From Macrostomum lignano (taxonomy: Eukaryota): 64,000 nucleotides of DNA. The DNA lies in the NCBI GenBank assembly GCA_002269645.1, contig NIVC01000426.1, positions 62,001-126,000 of the forward strand. The letters run 5' to 3'. Below the pieces are notes generated by a model that saw only the letters and a list, made by a program, of their open reading frames with translations, did no database searches and had not been told where the DNA came from. Each line of letters starts with the position of its first letter. Position 1 is the first letter of the stretch. Below, piece by piece: positions 1 through 21,000 of this stretch. The translations under genes and the position numbers were made by a program.

Positions 1-8555
<8,555 letters not shown>

Positions 8556-10111
8556 GTTTCTTGCTGAAAACTGAAGACACTTATGTAAACTTAATATGTG
8601 ATTTTGTGTTGTTGAAATGGTAGTGAAAGTAATTTGGCTACAACGAATTATAGAAGACACTAGTCTTTGCATGCGATGATGCAACCAGTATAGTGTGTAT
8701 TAGGGTGATCAGATGAGTCAAAATGACACGGACTTTGCACTCAATGGTTCAATTTTAAACGATTAGCGACGTTAGCGCCAGCTCACTAGATCTTGATTTA
8801 CAATTAAACTACTGACGAAACAGCGCGAAAGTTGGTGCAAAAATTTTTTTTGAATATTTTTAAGTAAAATTTTCCCCAATTCGACTAGGTTTTTTTATAA
8901 CACAACACTGTAACTTTACAGCCTATTTAAAGCAACAGCTAAAAATGCGTTCCATTAGTTTATAGTTTTTGATGTAATGCTTGATGTAATATTTGGTTAA
9001 AAGTCCGTCGAGCTTTATATTAATTGGTAGAACGAACGAGAAGTAGAATATTCCGTGCTACTTTTAATATTTTACGCGTGCAAGTTAACATCAAAGACTA
9101 AATGGATTTTGAATAAAAATTTCAGCTTCTAAAGAATTTATATGGATATTCGTGTTCCATGAAATACAGTACATTGTACCTGTATACGAGACAAAGAAAG
9201 TCCTAGGAATGCATTTTAATATGGGCTCCAACAAGAAGAAGACTGAAATTAATGAGTATTGGAGCAAAGACAGCTCTTACATAACACCTTTTTTAAAGCA
9301 GCTGAAGCTCTCTCTAGGGATTACTACTTCAAATAGCTACTGGCCGGGTCTGCTCCGTTTTTATGACTTTCATCTCAACAATTCCCCCCGTAAGCCTTGA
9401 CATCCCAGCAATTCCGCCAAAAATTATCAACTATCTTTTTTAATGCTCTCTTAATTTATCCATTGTAGAATTAACTCTATCGAATGATTTTCAGCTAAAA
9501 GGCAAAAAATCCCAAAAATTACTAAGTAAAGACTTCTACTATAAAATTCAACAGAAACGCTTTGAAGGTCTGGGTGAGGCTGAAAAATGCTCTTAGACAG
9601 TTTGCTCAAGTCATAGTACTGTAAAATCTGTCAGGGAAGCCTTGCTTATCATAGCCGGCTGGAACGGTTTGTGGTCAACCATTTACTTCTTTCTTTCGGG
9701 AAAGATCAGGCTTAGATTTGGGTGTCACTGTGGCAAGCAGCGCTATAATGCTTTAATAAGCATTGACGAATATCAACGGTTTGAGTCATTCTGGTGTGCG
9801 GTCTGACAATCAACGAATATTTATGAGTTATAAATGTAGGTAAAGCAAACGGGCTATCGGATCTTAGCGCTTAATTGATCTCCAATTGGCGAGTTTTCGA
9901 TTGCCTGCACATGTACATTCATTTTCTGCTGGAAAACGAAAAAACTTACAATGTAAAAGATAAAATATGATTATCGATGCTTTTCTGAATTCAACTTACA
10001 TGTACATATATAGCACGTCAGAATAATTTACAATAAATAGGAATCGGTTCATATCACCAAAACTACACTGTAGAGTTTATTAACTAACTGTTTGAGGTCA
10101 TTAATTTGATC

Positions 10112-13100
10112 TTAATTGTACCTGGCCATATGGAGCAGTGCGTGCCAGTCGCTGCGACTGGAGCCGTACAGCTCGTGGCACACGGACTTGATGTGCTGAC
10201 TGCGCCTCGTGTCCATGCCTGGCTGGTTGCCTCTGTGGTCGAGAATGTTCATCGACGATTCGAATGCGTCGCTGCCTCCGGCTCCGACGGCTTCCACTAA
10301 GTGCTGCTTGTGGTGCACGTCTCTGACGCGATCGTGTGCGAAATCGGCTAGAATGCCGATTGCGGCGGCGCGGTACTCGCGGAGCTGGCGTTTGCCTTCT
10401 TCCCCGACGTTGTACGCGATGCGACAGGCGTCCAATGAGTAGTCTTCAAAGTTGTGCACCAGAAATCTGAAATGCCAGAAGAACGCTACACATCTACATG
10501 TACCCATGTTCACTGTTCAGGGTCTCCCAGGGGATGAATTGGGATAAAATGGGAATTTCGTGTCAACGCATGGTTCATCAAATTCGCCTTGAAAGGTTGG
10601 AAAACAGCTCAATGCTCCTTGGATAATTTTTAAGAGAGGGGACACGATAGTGAGATGTCTCGGTCTTTTAATTGACGCATTTGATAAATCATTGATTGCA
10701 GATTTTTATACATAATTTACTCTACTAAATTAGAAATAAACATTTTCCAACTTACCTCGGCAAATTGCAAGTTAAATCGGTATCGCCAACGTAAATCGGT
10801 ACTGACTGGTAGCTGCTGATGTCTACTAAATTGTACATTGGAGCAGTAATCACCTTTTGAACCAGCAGGTGATAAAGAATCGCCTGGATCGGGCAGACAG
10901 TTCGAATGTCGTACAGAAGCAACCGTCGAACCTCTTCGTAGTCGATATCGTCCTCGTTCACCTCGGCTTTCATCATGTCGACATAGTGCCGAATGATAGC
11001 TGACCCCGTTTTGTGCGCTTGTCGCAGGGCGTAAACGCGTTCTAGCGATCGGCGCAGGCCCGTCTCAACTTTGTAGCGACTCTCGTTCCTCCGACCGGTC
11101 GGGAACAGCGACCAATAATAGCTGCTGGCGATGCTGCTGTAGAACACTACGGATCTGTTAGCCAAAACTAGCTGCTTCTCGCGCAGCGTTGACAACAGGC
11201 TCGAGTTTAGCATCGATGGCGGCAAGTGCAAAAGACTTCGCTCGGTGACCTGCCTGCAGGTAGTAAGGTGATTATGTATGCGTACGAGTATCCACCGTAT
11301 TAATACACTTCTGCCTGAACTTCCTCCACCGAGGTTTTCCCACCGACAGTTTGGGAAATGCTTTCCTAGCTGGGGCAATGCTTTTTACTGAGGAGTTTTC
11401 CTAGCTGGGTGTTTTCCCAAAATATTTTCCCACAGACATTCCCACAGGGTTTTCCCACAGGGTTTTCCCACAGGGTTTTCCCACAGGGTTTTCCCACAGG
11501 GTTTTCCCACAGGGTTTTCCCACAGGGTTTTCCCACAGGGTTTTCCCACAGGGTTTTCCCACAGGGTTTTCCCACAGACTTTCCCACAGGGTTTTACCGC
11601 AGGGTTTTACCGCAGGGTTTTCCCACAGGGTTTTCCCACAGGGTTTTCCCACAGACTTTCCCACAGGGTTTTCCCACAGGGTTTTCCCACAGGGTTTTCC
11701 CACAGACTTTCCCACAGGGTTTTACCGCAGGGTTTTACCGCAGGGTTTTCCCACAGGGTTTTCCCACAGGGTTTTCCCACAGGGTTTTCCCACAGGGTTT
11801 TCCCACAGGGTTTTCCCACAGGGTTTTCCCACAGGGTTTTCCCACAGGGTTTTCCCACAGGGTTTTCCCACAGGGTTTTCCCACAGGGTTTTCCCACAGG
11901 GTTTTCCCACAGGGTTTTCCCACAGGGTTTTCCCACAGGGTTTTCCCTATTTTTCCTAAAAATTGTACCATCGTACATTTGTCTGTTGATATTTATGATC
12001 ATAACTCGAATTATTAATGCCAACAGTTTGTTCGCAGGAGGGGACTTTAGAGAGACTTTCTGTTTTAAATAAAGGAAGCTCAGCGTCTGACTCTCGCTCC
12101 AGAAGTACTTAGCTAGGTTCGATTCCGTGTGCGGCCGCATTAACTTGGGGCTTGTGCACAAAAACTGGCATGGGACATGTGCAGTGAATTCTCGCCCTCA
12201 AAGCACAGAGAGTGTGCATCAACAGACGATGAAGGGGGACCGTAAACTAGTGGTCTGGCGCGGCACTTTTATGTGCCAGCGGCCTAGGCTCGATTCCAAG
12301 TGCAATCACATTAATTTGGGGCTAAATTGGAATCTCGGCTTGGCTCTGCTCGTGCATTGACGCCCGAGGGCCAACCCCCAAGGCGCAGTGAAGTGTACAT
12401 GCCTAACGATAAATAAAGTTAGGGCCGCTGTACACTCCTGTGTGAGTGTGTGCCTGTGCGTATGACTGCGTACGTATCCGCGCGCTTGTGTCCCTGCTCA
12501 GGGGAGTCGGCGGAATGGGCAGTAATGCCTCTCCCCGGTTGTAACAATGCCGCTTGAAGTGCGCATGTCTCCTTGCCGGCTGAGCGACAGATTCTGCAAG
12601 CAGCCGGGGCTACCCCGAGAAGAATAGATAACCAACAGCCAACATGAGACTCACCTCGCCACCTTCTCAGGATACTGGTCGAGATATTTGTGCACCTCCG
12701 TCAGCCATTGCGGTGTTAACCGAACAACATCTTTTATTGTGAGCTCGCTCAGGCACTTGGCTGGCTTCCTGTGCTTGAACAGCTTGTAGCAGTCGTCGAT
12801 TTCTTCTTGGCTCAGATTCGCAGGGAATCGAGGTGGTTTTTCGAGGAAAATGTCCTCAACAATGGAGCCCATCTCCGATAGAACTGGTATCTCAACTGAC
12901 ATATCCATGAGCCAGAATTTCTTCACAAAAATTGCTTCTGGTGACAATAGCAACCTGCAGAAGATTTGAGTTTCAATTTTAGCTTCGCTTAAGTCTAACG
13001 CGTTTAGGGCAAAAGACATCGACAGACCGCCAAATTTTGCATCAAAATGCACTGAATGTAGCATGATTGAAATTATTCTGTTTTTGGTACAAAATTGGCA

Positions 13101-13542
13101 ACTTCCACAGCTTATGAACTTAAGTTTAACTCTGAGTTTATCGACTTGACTTTTTTCGCAAAATACGACTGGATAATGAAAAACAAATAAAATTTAACCG
13201 AAAATTTCGAAAAATAGCTAAATGCTTTTCTGACAGACGCGCAGCTTTTCCTGTTTCCAGGAATAGTAATGATATATTAAATCAGTACTTTTATAAGTTG
13301 AATTGGCAGAGCTTTTAAATCAACCAATACGCAATGTACCAACTTTATGTTAGTGAGGTAGAGAATTGGGATGGTGGAAGGCAGGGCCGCTGCATGTACA
13401 CCCTGCGTGAGCGTGTGTACATGTATGAGTGCGTGCCCGCGTACAGAATTGGCGCGCTTGAATGTGCTCAGGCGTCACCGCAATGGGCAGAACTGCCGTC
13501 AGCGCTGGCTGTGGGACCAGAGTGCCCACAGCCCGTGCTGCA

Positions 13543-13587
<45 letters not shown>

Positions 13588-13635
13588 ATTATTATTATTA
13601 TTATATGACTTTATTAGATATAATTTATTATCATG

Positions 13636-13684
<49 letters not shown>

Positions 13685-16563
13685 TAACAAAGAATCACAC
13701 TGTCTTTCATGTTGCCGAATTTACACATCATCACAATTACTAAGGATGTCTCTTCAACACACACGGAAATTGGAATCTCTAGCTTAGTATTATTACATGA
13801 ATGATGATGGAAAATTTTCAACAAATGTGAAATTTAGACGATCTGAAAGCGACCTGAATCTGGTGACAGTCCGCTTTCTCCGGCTGCGGTCAGTACAAAT
13901 CACTAAAACTATGCAATGCGATACAACTATGCTATGTACGATAGCTAAAAGTAGAATCGAACCCAGTTTAGACGAATTCAAACGATGACTAGGCTATGTA
14001 GATTTTCTAATTACATGTACCGTATACCATGCGCTCTCGTATGGCAACATCTCTTTGCCTACCATGCAGGTTTTTTGCGCTACGCTCTATGCTGTCTACT
14101 TATCAGTAGTGCAACTCTGACAGCGATATAATACACACAATGGCTCACCAGAGTCCCAAAGTACCGCCGGAGCCCTCGCCAAAATAGATGACTCGCTTCG
14201 CGTCTCCACCAAAACTATCGATAGTGTGATTAATCCACAGCAGAGCCTGCGTGATGTCGCGGGCAAACAAATTTCCCATGTAGCTGTCGCGGTCCAGAAT
14301 AGCCGCGCCGTCTAATCCGATTCGATAATTGACCGTGACAACAACGCAGTCCAGCCTCTCAACAATACTAGTTGGCGGCATCACCGGCTTGTTGAACACT
14401 AGGTCGTTCCCAGTCACTAGCACTAGCACGGGTCTGGTGCCGTTACTTAACTGCGGAGTGGCAACGCTCAACGACAGGCTCTCGCCGCTGCCAACCGTCT
14501 GGGAGCTGCCTGGTCGCCTCAGCTGATGCCGCCAAGCCGTTCTGGCCGAGCGAATCTTCAGCATAATATCGTAGTCCCAGTAGAATGCTCCGTTTTTAAA
14601 CGAAACTAGCACTTTCTCTACGGCCAGGTAGTAATGCTTGTAGCATTCGATGAACGTCTCCATAAAGTTGCTGTCCTCGAAACGGTGAGAGAAGCTCGCG
14701 TAGGGAATGTCGTGAAACACCAAGTTCTTTTCCCTCTGTGGGGGTGGGGGTAAAAACATTCTGTCTGCCGGGCAACTGCTTGCGAAGTTTAAACTTTGCG
14801 CTTAAGTTCAGTGAGAGACGGAAGCAACACTCCCACACCCTCTGGTTTGAAAGAAAACCTAACAGCCTGGTTGTTATACAAAACAGACAGGTGTTGCCGA
14901 ACCATGAGCCATGATCCGTGTAATGTACCTTCTCACACTAACCAACATCTTACGATCAGTTGTTGGTTAAGATTTTAAAATGCAGCGATTCATATATAGT
15001 TTCGCCGTTTTTTTATTTACACCATTATTTCATTCAATGTGCGATAATAATATTTCAAGATCTGTTTATAATCGTGAAAGAACGAGCAGTGCATGTAGCA
15101 GTTCCGAGTGGCAAAGTCCTATAAAAAGGTCTAACCTGAAATTTGCTTTGATATGGGTTACGCAGGATAGAAATTTTATTAGATTTTCAGCACTGTTTCA
15201 AGGGGATTTACTACTACCAAGACTGCTCAACAAAACAAATGAAAACATTAAGCTCTTCCTAGGATATCGTTGTGGCCTGGTGTCCGGATTACGTTGATCC
15301 TGTTGAGACCAACTCGCCAAACGAGGCATCGCTCGGTCAAGCTACCAACCCGAAATCCTCCTCCGTCAACAGCGCCAGTCATAAAGGTTGATCCACCAAC
15401 ACTAGCTGCACTAGAACAACTGCTCCGAATAACTGAATAGCTATCGGCAAACACGAACGGCAATTATGCCTGTCATAAACCGGAAAGTATCCGAATACCT
15501 AGCTAATCTTCATAAGTAAAATTGACTTCAGGGAGAGGTGCATAGTCGTTACCGCCATGGCTTCTTCCAGAGACATATTTCACTACAAAGTGGTTGCTCT
15601 CCCATTTGCCCTTTTTGTTATCTAGAGGAGGAAACTTCGACGCACCACGTCACCTTCTGTCCGCACTTCAACGAAGCTCGGAGACTTCACCTCGCACTGG
15701 TTCTGATGACATCCACTAAGGCTGGACGAACTCACCAACCCGAGACTCCGGACTGTTGAAGATTGCAGACGCCACTCTCGCGTGCCTTTTTGCTGCTGTC
15801 GAGGGGTGAACGCAGCCCCAAGGCTATAATGTCTTTCTGTTTTTAGCTTGGGGTTGTGATAGGGGCCTCGCAGCCTAATCGCGGCGTTCTGCCCCCGTCA
15901 GTAGTAAGTAGTAAATAAGCTCTTTCTAACTCTATAATCTACTGTATTAAGTATACCGGTATATATAGTCAAAATCTGTCGCTAACTTACAGTATCCAGA
16001 TTTTTTATTACGGCGCACGGAATGCTCAAATGTTGAAAATCGAAAGTCTGCAGCAGGCGCAGGGTACGATAGTGGCTCCATTGCTGCGTCAGTGACGCAA
16101 TCAAACTGTGGCAAACAATCCACAAGGCCACTGTAACGACAACCAACAGGAAGGAGATCTTGCCTTTGAAGCTGTTGCTTTTGGCCAATCTGGTGTGGCA
16201 GGACTTCGACATCAGCAGCTCCCTGGCGCACATGGGCTGCAGCAGAATCGGCAGCGGGATTTTCTCTTTGTCAGTTTCTATATTCTTACTCGCTGAAGTC
16301 CCCGAGTCCTGCTTGGGACTCCGCGGGCTCGGCGTGGCGCCAGCGGTTGAAGCGTCTTTTTCATTCGGTTCATTCAGTTTAAAAGCCACTTTTGCTGTTC
16401 TCGATTTGTCAACTGGGTTTTCTGTACTAACCGGACTATTTTCTTTGGACTCCGAGCTGACACTTTTGAATTGCTTGTCAGAAATACTCTGAGTCGCTTG
16501 CTCTGGCTTTTCGTTTGCTGGTGTTTGGTTGTCTTGAGGTTCGGCCATGTCAAAATAATGCAC
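10112..16563 (-). CDS. Neurotactin-like type II membrane protein with non-catalytic carboxyl/cholinesterase (alpha/beta-hydrolase) ectodomain
   Basis: Exons (minus): 16563/16548-15991 (S/T/E/K-rich tail, then [18 protein letters not shown]); ~15440-15293 (5' boundary unresolved); 14735-14149 ([50 protein letters not shown]); 12954-12655 (W|LLLSPEA); 11253-10756 ([16 protein letters not shown]); 10466-10112. The last four exons splice in phase (2,2,2). The nucleophile elbow reads GEGSGG instead of GESAG. Confidence 0.8.
11425..11947. repeat. 13-bp minisatellite (GGGTTTTCCCACA) in intron of neurotactin-like gene
   Basis: About 40 tandem copies; variants GGGTTTTACCGCA and GACTTTCCCACA; degenerate precursor-like copies at 11330-11425. 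Confidence 0.97.
12233..12600 (+). mobile_element. tRNA(Glu-like)-derived SINE copy
   Basis: Head CTAGTGGTCTGGCGCGGCACTTTTATGTGCCAGCGGCCTAGGCTCGATTCC has A/B-box-like motifs and a GGCAC/GTGCC anticodon stem. The body over ~12270-12490 closely matches the reverse complement of 24553-24782. The 3' end is approximate. Confidence 0.7.
13385..13610 (+). mobile_element. Diverged SINE-related fragment ending in (ATT)n tail
   Basis: AGGGCCGCTG..TACACCCTGCGTGAGCGTGTG resembles the SINE body at 12421-12470; followed directly by a long (ATT)n run. Confidence 0.45.
13543..13686. repeat. (ATT)n-(AAT)n-(ATT)n microsatellite
   Basis: Trinucleotide runs in alternating orientation, visible directly. Confidence 0.9.
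15530..15920 (+). mobile_element. 3' fragment of a non-LTR retrotransposon (I/R1-like C-terminal CCHC zinc knuckle)
   Basis: Translation [13 protein letters not shown]...[26 protein letters not shown] matches the Cx2Cx7-8Hx4C motif of LINE ORF2 C-termini; ends in a short (AGTA)n-like tail at about 15900-15918. Lies antisense in an intron of the neurotactin-like gene. Confidence 0.7.
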
Positions 16564-17469
16564 TAATATTATAATTTGTAGCTAATGAATGTAAATTGAA
16601 ATGACTGCAAATGAATTCAGTTGAAATTCAGTTTTATATCTTTTGTTTTCTTCTCAGACAATCGCATACTTGATTTTATACTTTCTACATTTTGTAAAGC
16701 ACGCTAATTATTTGGCCAGAGACGCTTAAAAGTAAGAGCATGGAGAAGCTGCAATAGTACTTCCACACTCAACTTCGTGGGCGAAAATCGGAGCCAAGAA
16801 GTCTGTGGACCAAAGTCTACACCCAACATGATGAATTTTATATCATTAAACTATTTTGTTGAATTTCATGGCGCCCTATAAGAATTTAAATATTTTGGAA
16901 GCTCAGCAAAACTTTTGGAGTCAAAAGTCCAGCTTGTTTGGTAAGTTTAAGCGTAGCAAACCTGTGAACTTAAATTTATCAATTGAGGATTTTCACGAAA
17001 CGATTCAAGAACCAGAATAATCGAAGAACAAAGTTCTATTTGGGTTCCGCTATCGTAATTCTACAATTCTGCAATTGGATTGTAATTGATAGCCATTATT
17101 CAAAATTTTAAAGTTCGAGTTGTAACTTCAAGAAGAAATCGTATTTTTCCATCTCTTACGAGCCCGTAAATTAGCAGCTGAAACGGTTTTGTCGAATTGG
17201 GCAAATTGCTCTGGTTTTGGAATCATGCAGAGTCGACGATATGGACAGCTCACAGGTTCTTTGTCGCATTTTTGGATAATTAAATGAACCGAATGAATGC
17301 GTGCACTAATAGTTTAGAAAGCTAACTAGAGATATAAAAAATTAACAAATTAATAAAAATACTGACTTGGTTTGTCAGTTGAATTTTGTGCTGCATCGCT
17401 TCTCCTTGCTTTTTCAGCTTAAATAGCGCCAGTTTCCACTCTTGGGAGTTAATTCCCTCCTTCGTTTTT

Positions 17470-17760
17470 CATTGGTGGTCCCGCGCGTTTCCTCAGTCTG
17501 CACTAACACTCTTCTTACACTGTGCCTGCCCTGTGTGCTGTGGGCGCTTCCATTATTCCCCCAATCTAATAGCTTTCTGCTACGCTAGTACAAATTGCGC
17601 TACAAACAGCCCATCAGCTGAGATCGGACCGGCGGGGCCCCGCTTCCCGTGTTACAAGCAAACCTCCGTTTCTACTCTCGTCCAAAAACATTTACCCCGC
17701 CGCGATTCTATTGGTTGAGCGAGGAAGTATATAAAGTCCTAACGCCGGGCCTCTCACAGC
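17470..17760 (+). promoter_or_regulatory. Probable Cdc25 promoter (CCAAT boxes, E2F-like site, TATA box); possibly bidirectional with the neurotactin-like gene
   Basis: ATTGG at ~17472 and ~17710, CCAAT at ~17561, TCCCGCGC at ~17480, TATATAAA at ~17729, CpG-rich. A candidate 5'-UTR intron runs 17826 (gtgagc) to 18003 (ttaacag). Multiple CCAAT boxes are typical of G2/M gene promoters. Confidence 0.55.
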
Positions 17761-18031
17761 CGCCCCGCTTCGTCTCTCTCCGGCTTGACCGCTGGTTGTC
17801 TGTCGGTGTTAAAACCATTCACCAAGTGAGCTGGCTGGCACTAGGTTAGGTAGGTTTAGGCAAGAAACTTCAGCCGTGAGTTTTCTATAGCTACGAGCTT
17901 ATTTTAATTTGCTTCTTGGTTTTTGTCAATTCGATTCCCACTATTCAACAAGAAGCAAGAACTGGCTATTTTAAATTCGAAACATTGATACTTCACTTAA
18001 CAGACTGATTGAGCCAGTGCCAGCAAAAATA

Positions 18032-21000
18032 ATGTCTGCAAGCGAAAGTGGCACAGCTACAAAAACAGACCAGCTCCAACCTGGCATTCTATCAGTTGAT
18101 AAACTGCTTTCTACCAAGCGCTGCAGCAGCAGCAGCAGCAGCAGCAGCAGTGGCAGCGCCACATCTACTGGCCTCAACAATGGTCTACCATTGTCCCAGC
18201 CACTTGGAAACGAGAATACTAGCAACTCAACACCACCAGCTGGGCTCTGTCTAGACTGTGACACATGCAACAGTGACGATAGTGTGCACCAGTTCATGAT
18301 GAGTGGCAGCACAGCAATGCCCTCCTGTGCACCAAACCATAACTATGAAGACTTTCTTGACTGTCAGCTGCAGGATGAGGATGATGAAAATGAACTGGAG
18401 ATTCTGGGAACTGTCCGAACTGTGAGTTAATTCCTTATTCTTTATTCTAAACTGATATTTTTTGTTTTGCTTAGGCCTAGTTATTGATTATTTGTATAGC
18501 TAACTAGGTCTTATAGTTATAAGAGCCTATCTAGATTTAAATTAAATCAATTAGACCAAGATGCCAATAGCCTATCAAAAGTGAATAAATAAATAGACTA
18601 ATGAATAAATACTTTTTTCAAAAGCAGTATTTCCTATTTTTATTGTTTTTATAGTTTTTCTATTTATAGCATTGCATTAAGCCTAGCATAGAAAAAAATG
18701 AGTTAGGTTTACTTCATCATTTGGCAAATTTGTTTAAACAGAAACTATTTTAGTTAGGAAAGATTGACCTATTTATTGAATTTTTACACTGTTGTAAAGG
18801 CAAAAGCAGGACTTATATTGTATTAGGAATATTACAAGAAGCTAAAAGCAAGGCAATTGTAAATTTAAGTATTTAATATTCCTTAAAATAAAAAAGCTGG
18901 GAATCTGGCCATTGGCTACTAAACTCTTATTATCCCTAATAACTCTTAATGACCCCTTTCATTTTTTCTTGGTTCCTATTAAAAATAATAATTGGTTGAG
19001 AAAAGATAGAAACTTGAATATGCCTCATTAATCTCTTGTTTATCTTTAAAAAGTCTACTATAATTTCACTCTGAGTTGCAGTAAGATTGAATGAAACACT
19101 GATTCCCAATTGCTAACATCCAACACCCACCACCCAGCGTCCACCTTCGCCTCGCCGCCCAATCGCCGTCACAATTCCATTCCGAGCCGTTGCTTCTGAG
19201 CCAGCCACGGCTGCCTTGGCTGCCAAGAGTCGGCAGAGCAAGAAGCGCCAGACTGAGGACAGCCGGTCGCCTGCAGCTTCCAGCCAGTCCAGCGCCGACT
19301 GCAGCGAAGACGAAGAGACCAAGCGCAGACGAGTGGCTTCAACGCCTTTAGGAGATTCAACAAATATTTCCAGCCTGAGTGGTGCCAACCAGTCTAAGCT
19401 GGGCCGCTGCATGAGCGAGTGCACTGATCTGAACCGAGTTGCTGACAGCACAGCCCGTATTGATAAAGCTATCGCTTCCATCGATTCTTTGAACCTGATT
19501 GGCAACTCCGAGCAGACTCACTCGCTGCCCACTGTCAAGTCTCTAGACTATGGCATTCGGTCCGTGACCGCCGACACCTTAGCTGGGCTTTTGAATGGCC
19601 AATTCGCCAACTCTGTAGCCAATTACATCATAGTTGACTGTCGCTACCCGTTCGAATTCCATGGCGGCCATGTTCGCGGAGCGGTGAATCTCTACAGGCC
19701 TGAAGTGCTGCTTGACCGGCTGCTTCCGGCGTCTGGTGGTAGCTTGCCTGCAGCCGGGGACCGAGTAGTGATCATCTTCCACTGCGAGTTCAGCAGCCAG
19801 CGGGCTCCTAGGATGGCTAGATTGTTGAGACAGCGAGATCGGGAACTTAATGCTCATAATTATCCGCAGCTGCACTACCCGGAGCTCTACCTGCTGCAGG
19901 GCGGATACAAGGCGTTTTACGAGAGTCACCAGGTAGCCATTTTTTTGTTTTGATTCCGACAGCTTCAATAGAATTAGTCGTCTTTTGGCAATTGGTGCGC
20001 TGTCGCAGGCCATTGAAAACCGGGATGCCAGCTGGCATCAGTAAAAAATCTCAGCATGTCGATCATACCTTTATGCTTCTGAGACTCTCTGGTTCACAGA
20101 AACTGCAGAAGTCTGCAAAATCCAATGTTAAAATGTTTACAGATCTTACTTACAGACTTGACAATTATCAAGCATGGAATCAAGCCTTGCGAATTCCAGT
20201 TGTTGCTAAGGTGGGGAATTCCAGTTGTTGCTAAGGTGGGGAATTCCAGTTGTTGCTAAGGTGGGGAATTCCAGTTGTTGCTAAGGTGGGGAATTCCAGT
20301 TGTTGCTAAGGTGGGGAATTCCAGTTGTTGCTAAGGTGGGGAATTCCAGTTGTTGCTAAGGTGGGGAATTCCAGTTGTTGCTAAGGTGGGGAATTCCAGT
20401 TGTTGCTAAGGTGGGGAATTCCAGTTGTTGCTAAGGTGGGGAATTCCAGTTGTTGCTAAGGTGGGGAATTCCAGTTGTTGCTAAGCTGGGGAATTCCAGT
20501 TGTTTGCTATTGATATTGTGGGGAATTTCAGTTGTTTGCTATTGATATTGTGGGGAATTTCAGTTGTTTGCTATTGATATTGTGGGGAATTTCAGTTGTT
20601 TGCTATTGATATTGTGGGGAATTTCAGTTGTTTGCTATTGATATTGTGGGGAATTTCAGTTGTTTGCTATTGATATTGTGGGGAATTCAATTTGTTGCTA
20701 AGCTGGGAAATTCCAGTTATTGCTAAGGTCGGGAATTCCAGCTGTTGCTAAGGTGGGGAATTCCAGTTGTTTGCTATTGATATTGTGGGGAATTTCAGTT
20801 GTTTGCTATTGATATTGTGGGGAATTTCAGTTGTTTGCTATTGATATTGTGGGGAATTTCAGTTGTTTGCTATTGATATTGTGGGGAATTTCAGTTGTTT
20901 GCTATTGATATTGTGGGGAATTTCAGTTGTTTGCTATTGATATTATGGGAAATTCAATTTGTTGCTAAGCTGGGAAATTCCAGTTATTGCTAAGGTCGGG

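Noticed and set aside
8701-8735. TAGGGTGATCAGATG, similar to a hAT/Tip100 terminus
   Set aside because: No matching inverted end or TSD found nearby.
11366-12161. [13 protein letters not shown] / [13 protein letters not shown] repeat ORFs
   Set aside because: Products of the 13-bp array, open on both strands, inside an intron.
12233-12305. Functional tRNA gene
   Set aside because: The acceptor stem and anticodon loop are degenerate, and the sequence continues into a dispersed repeat body; better explained as a SINE head.
13793-13988. Two short opposite-strand ORFs as possible exons
   Set aside because: The flanking esterase exons (ending 14149, starting 12954) join in phase without them, and they have no domain similarity.
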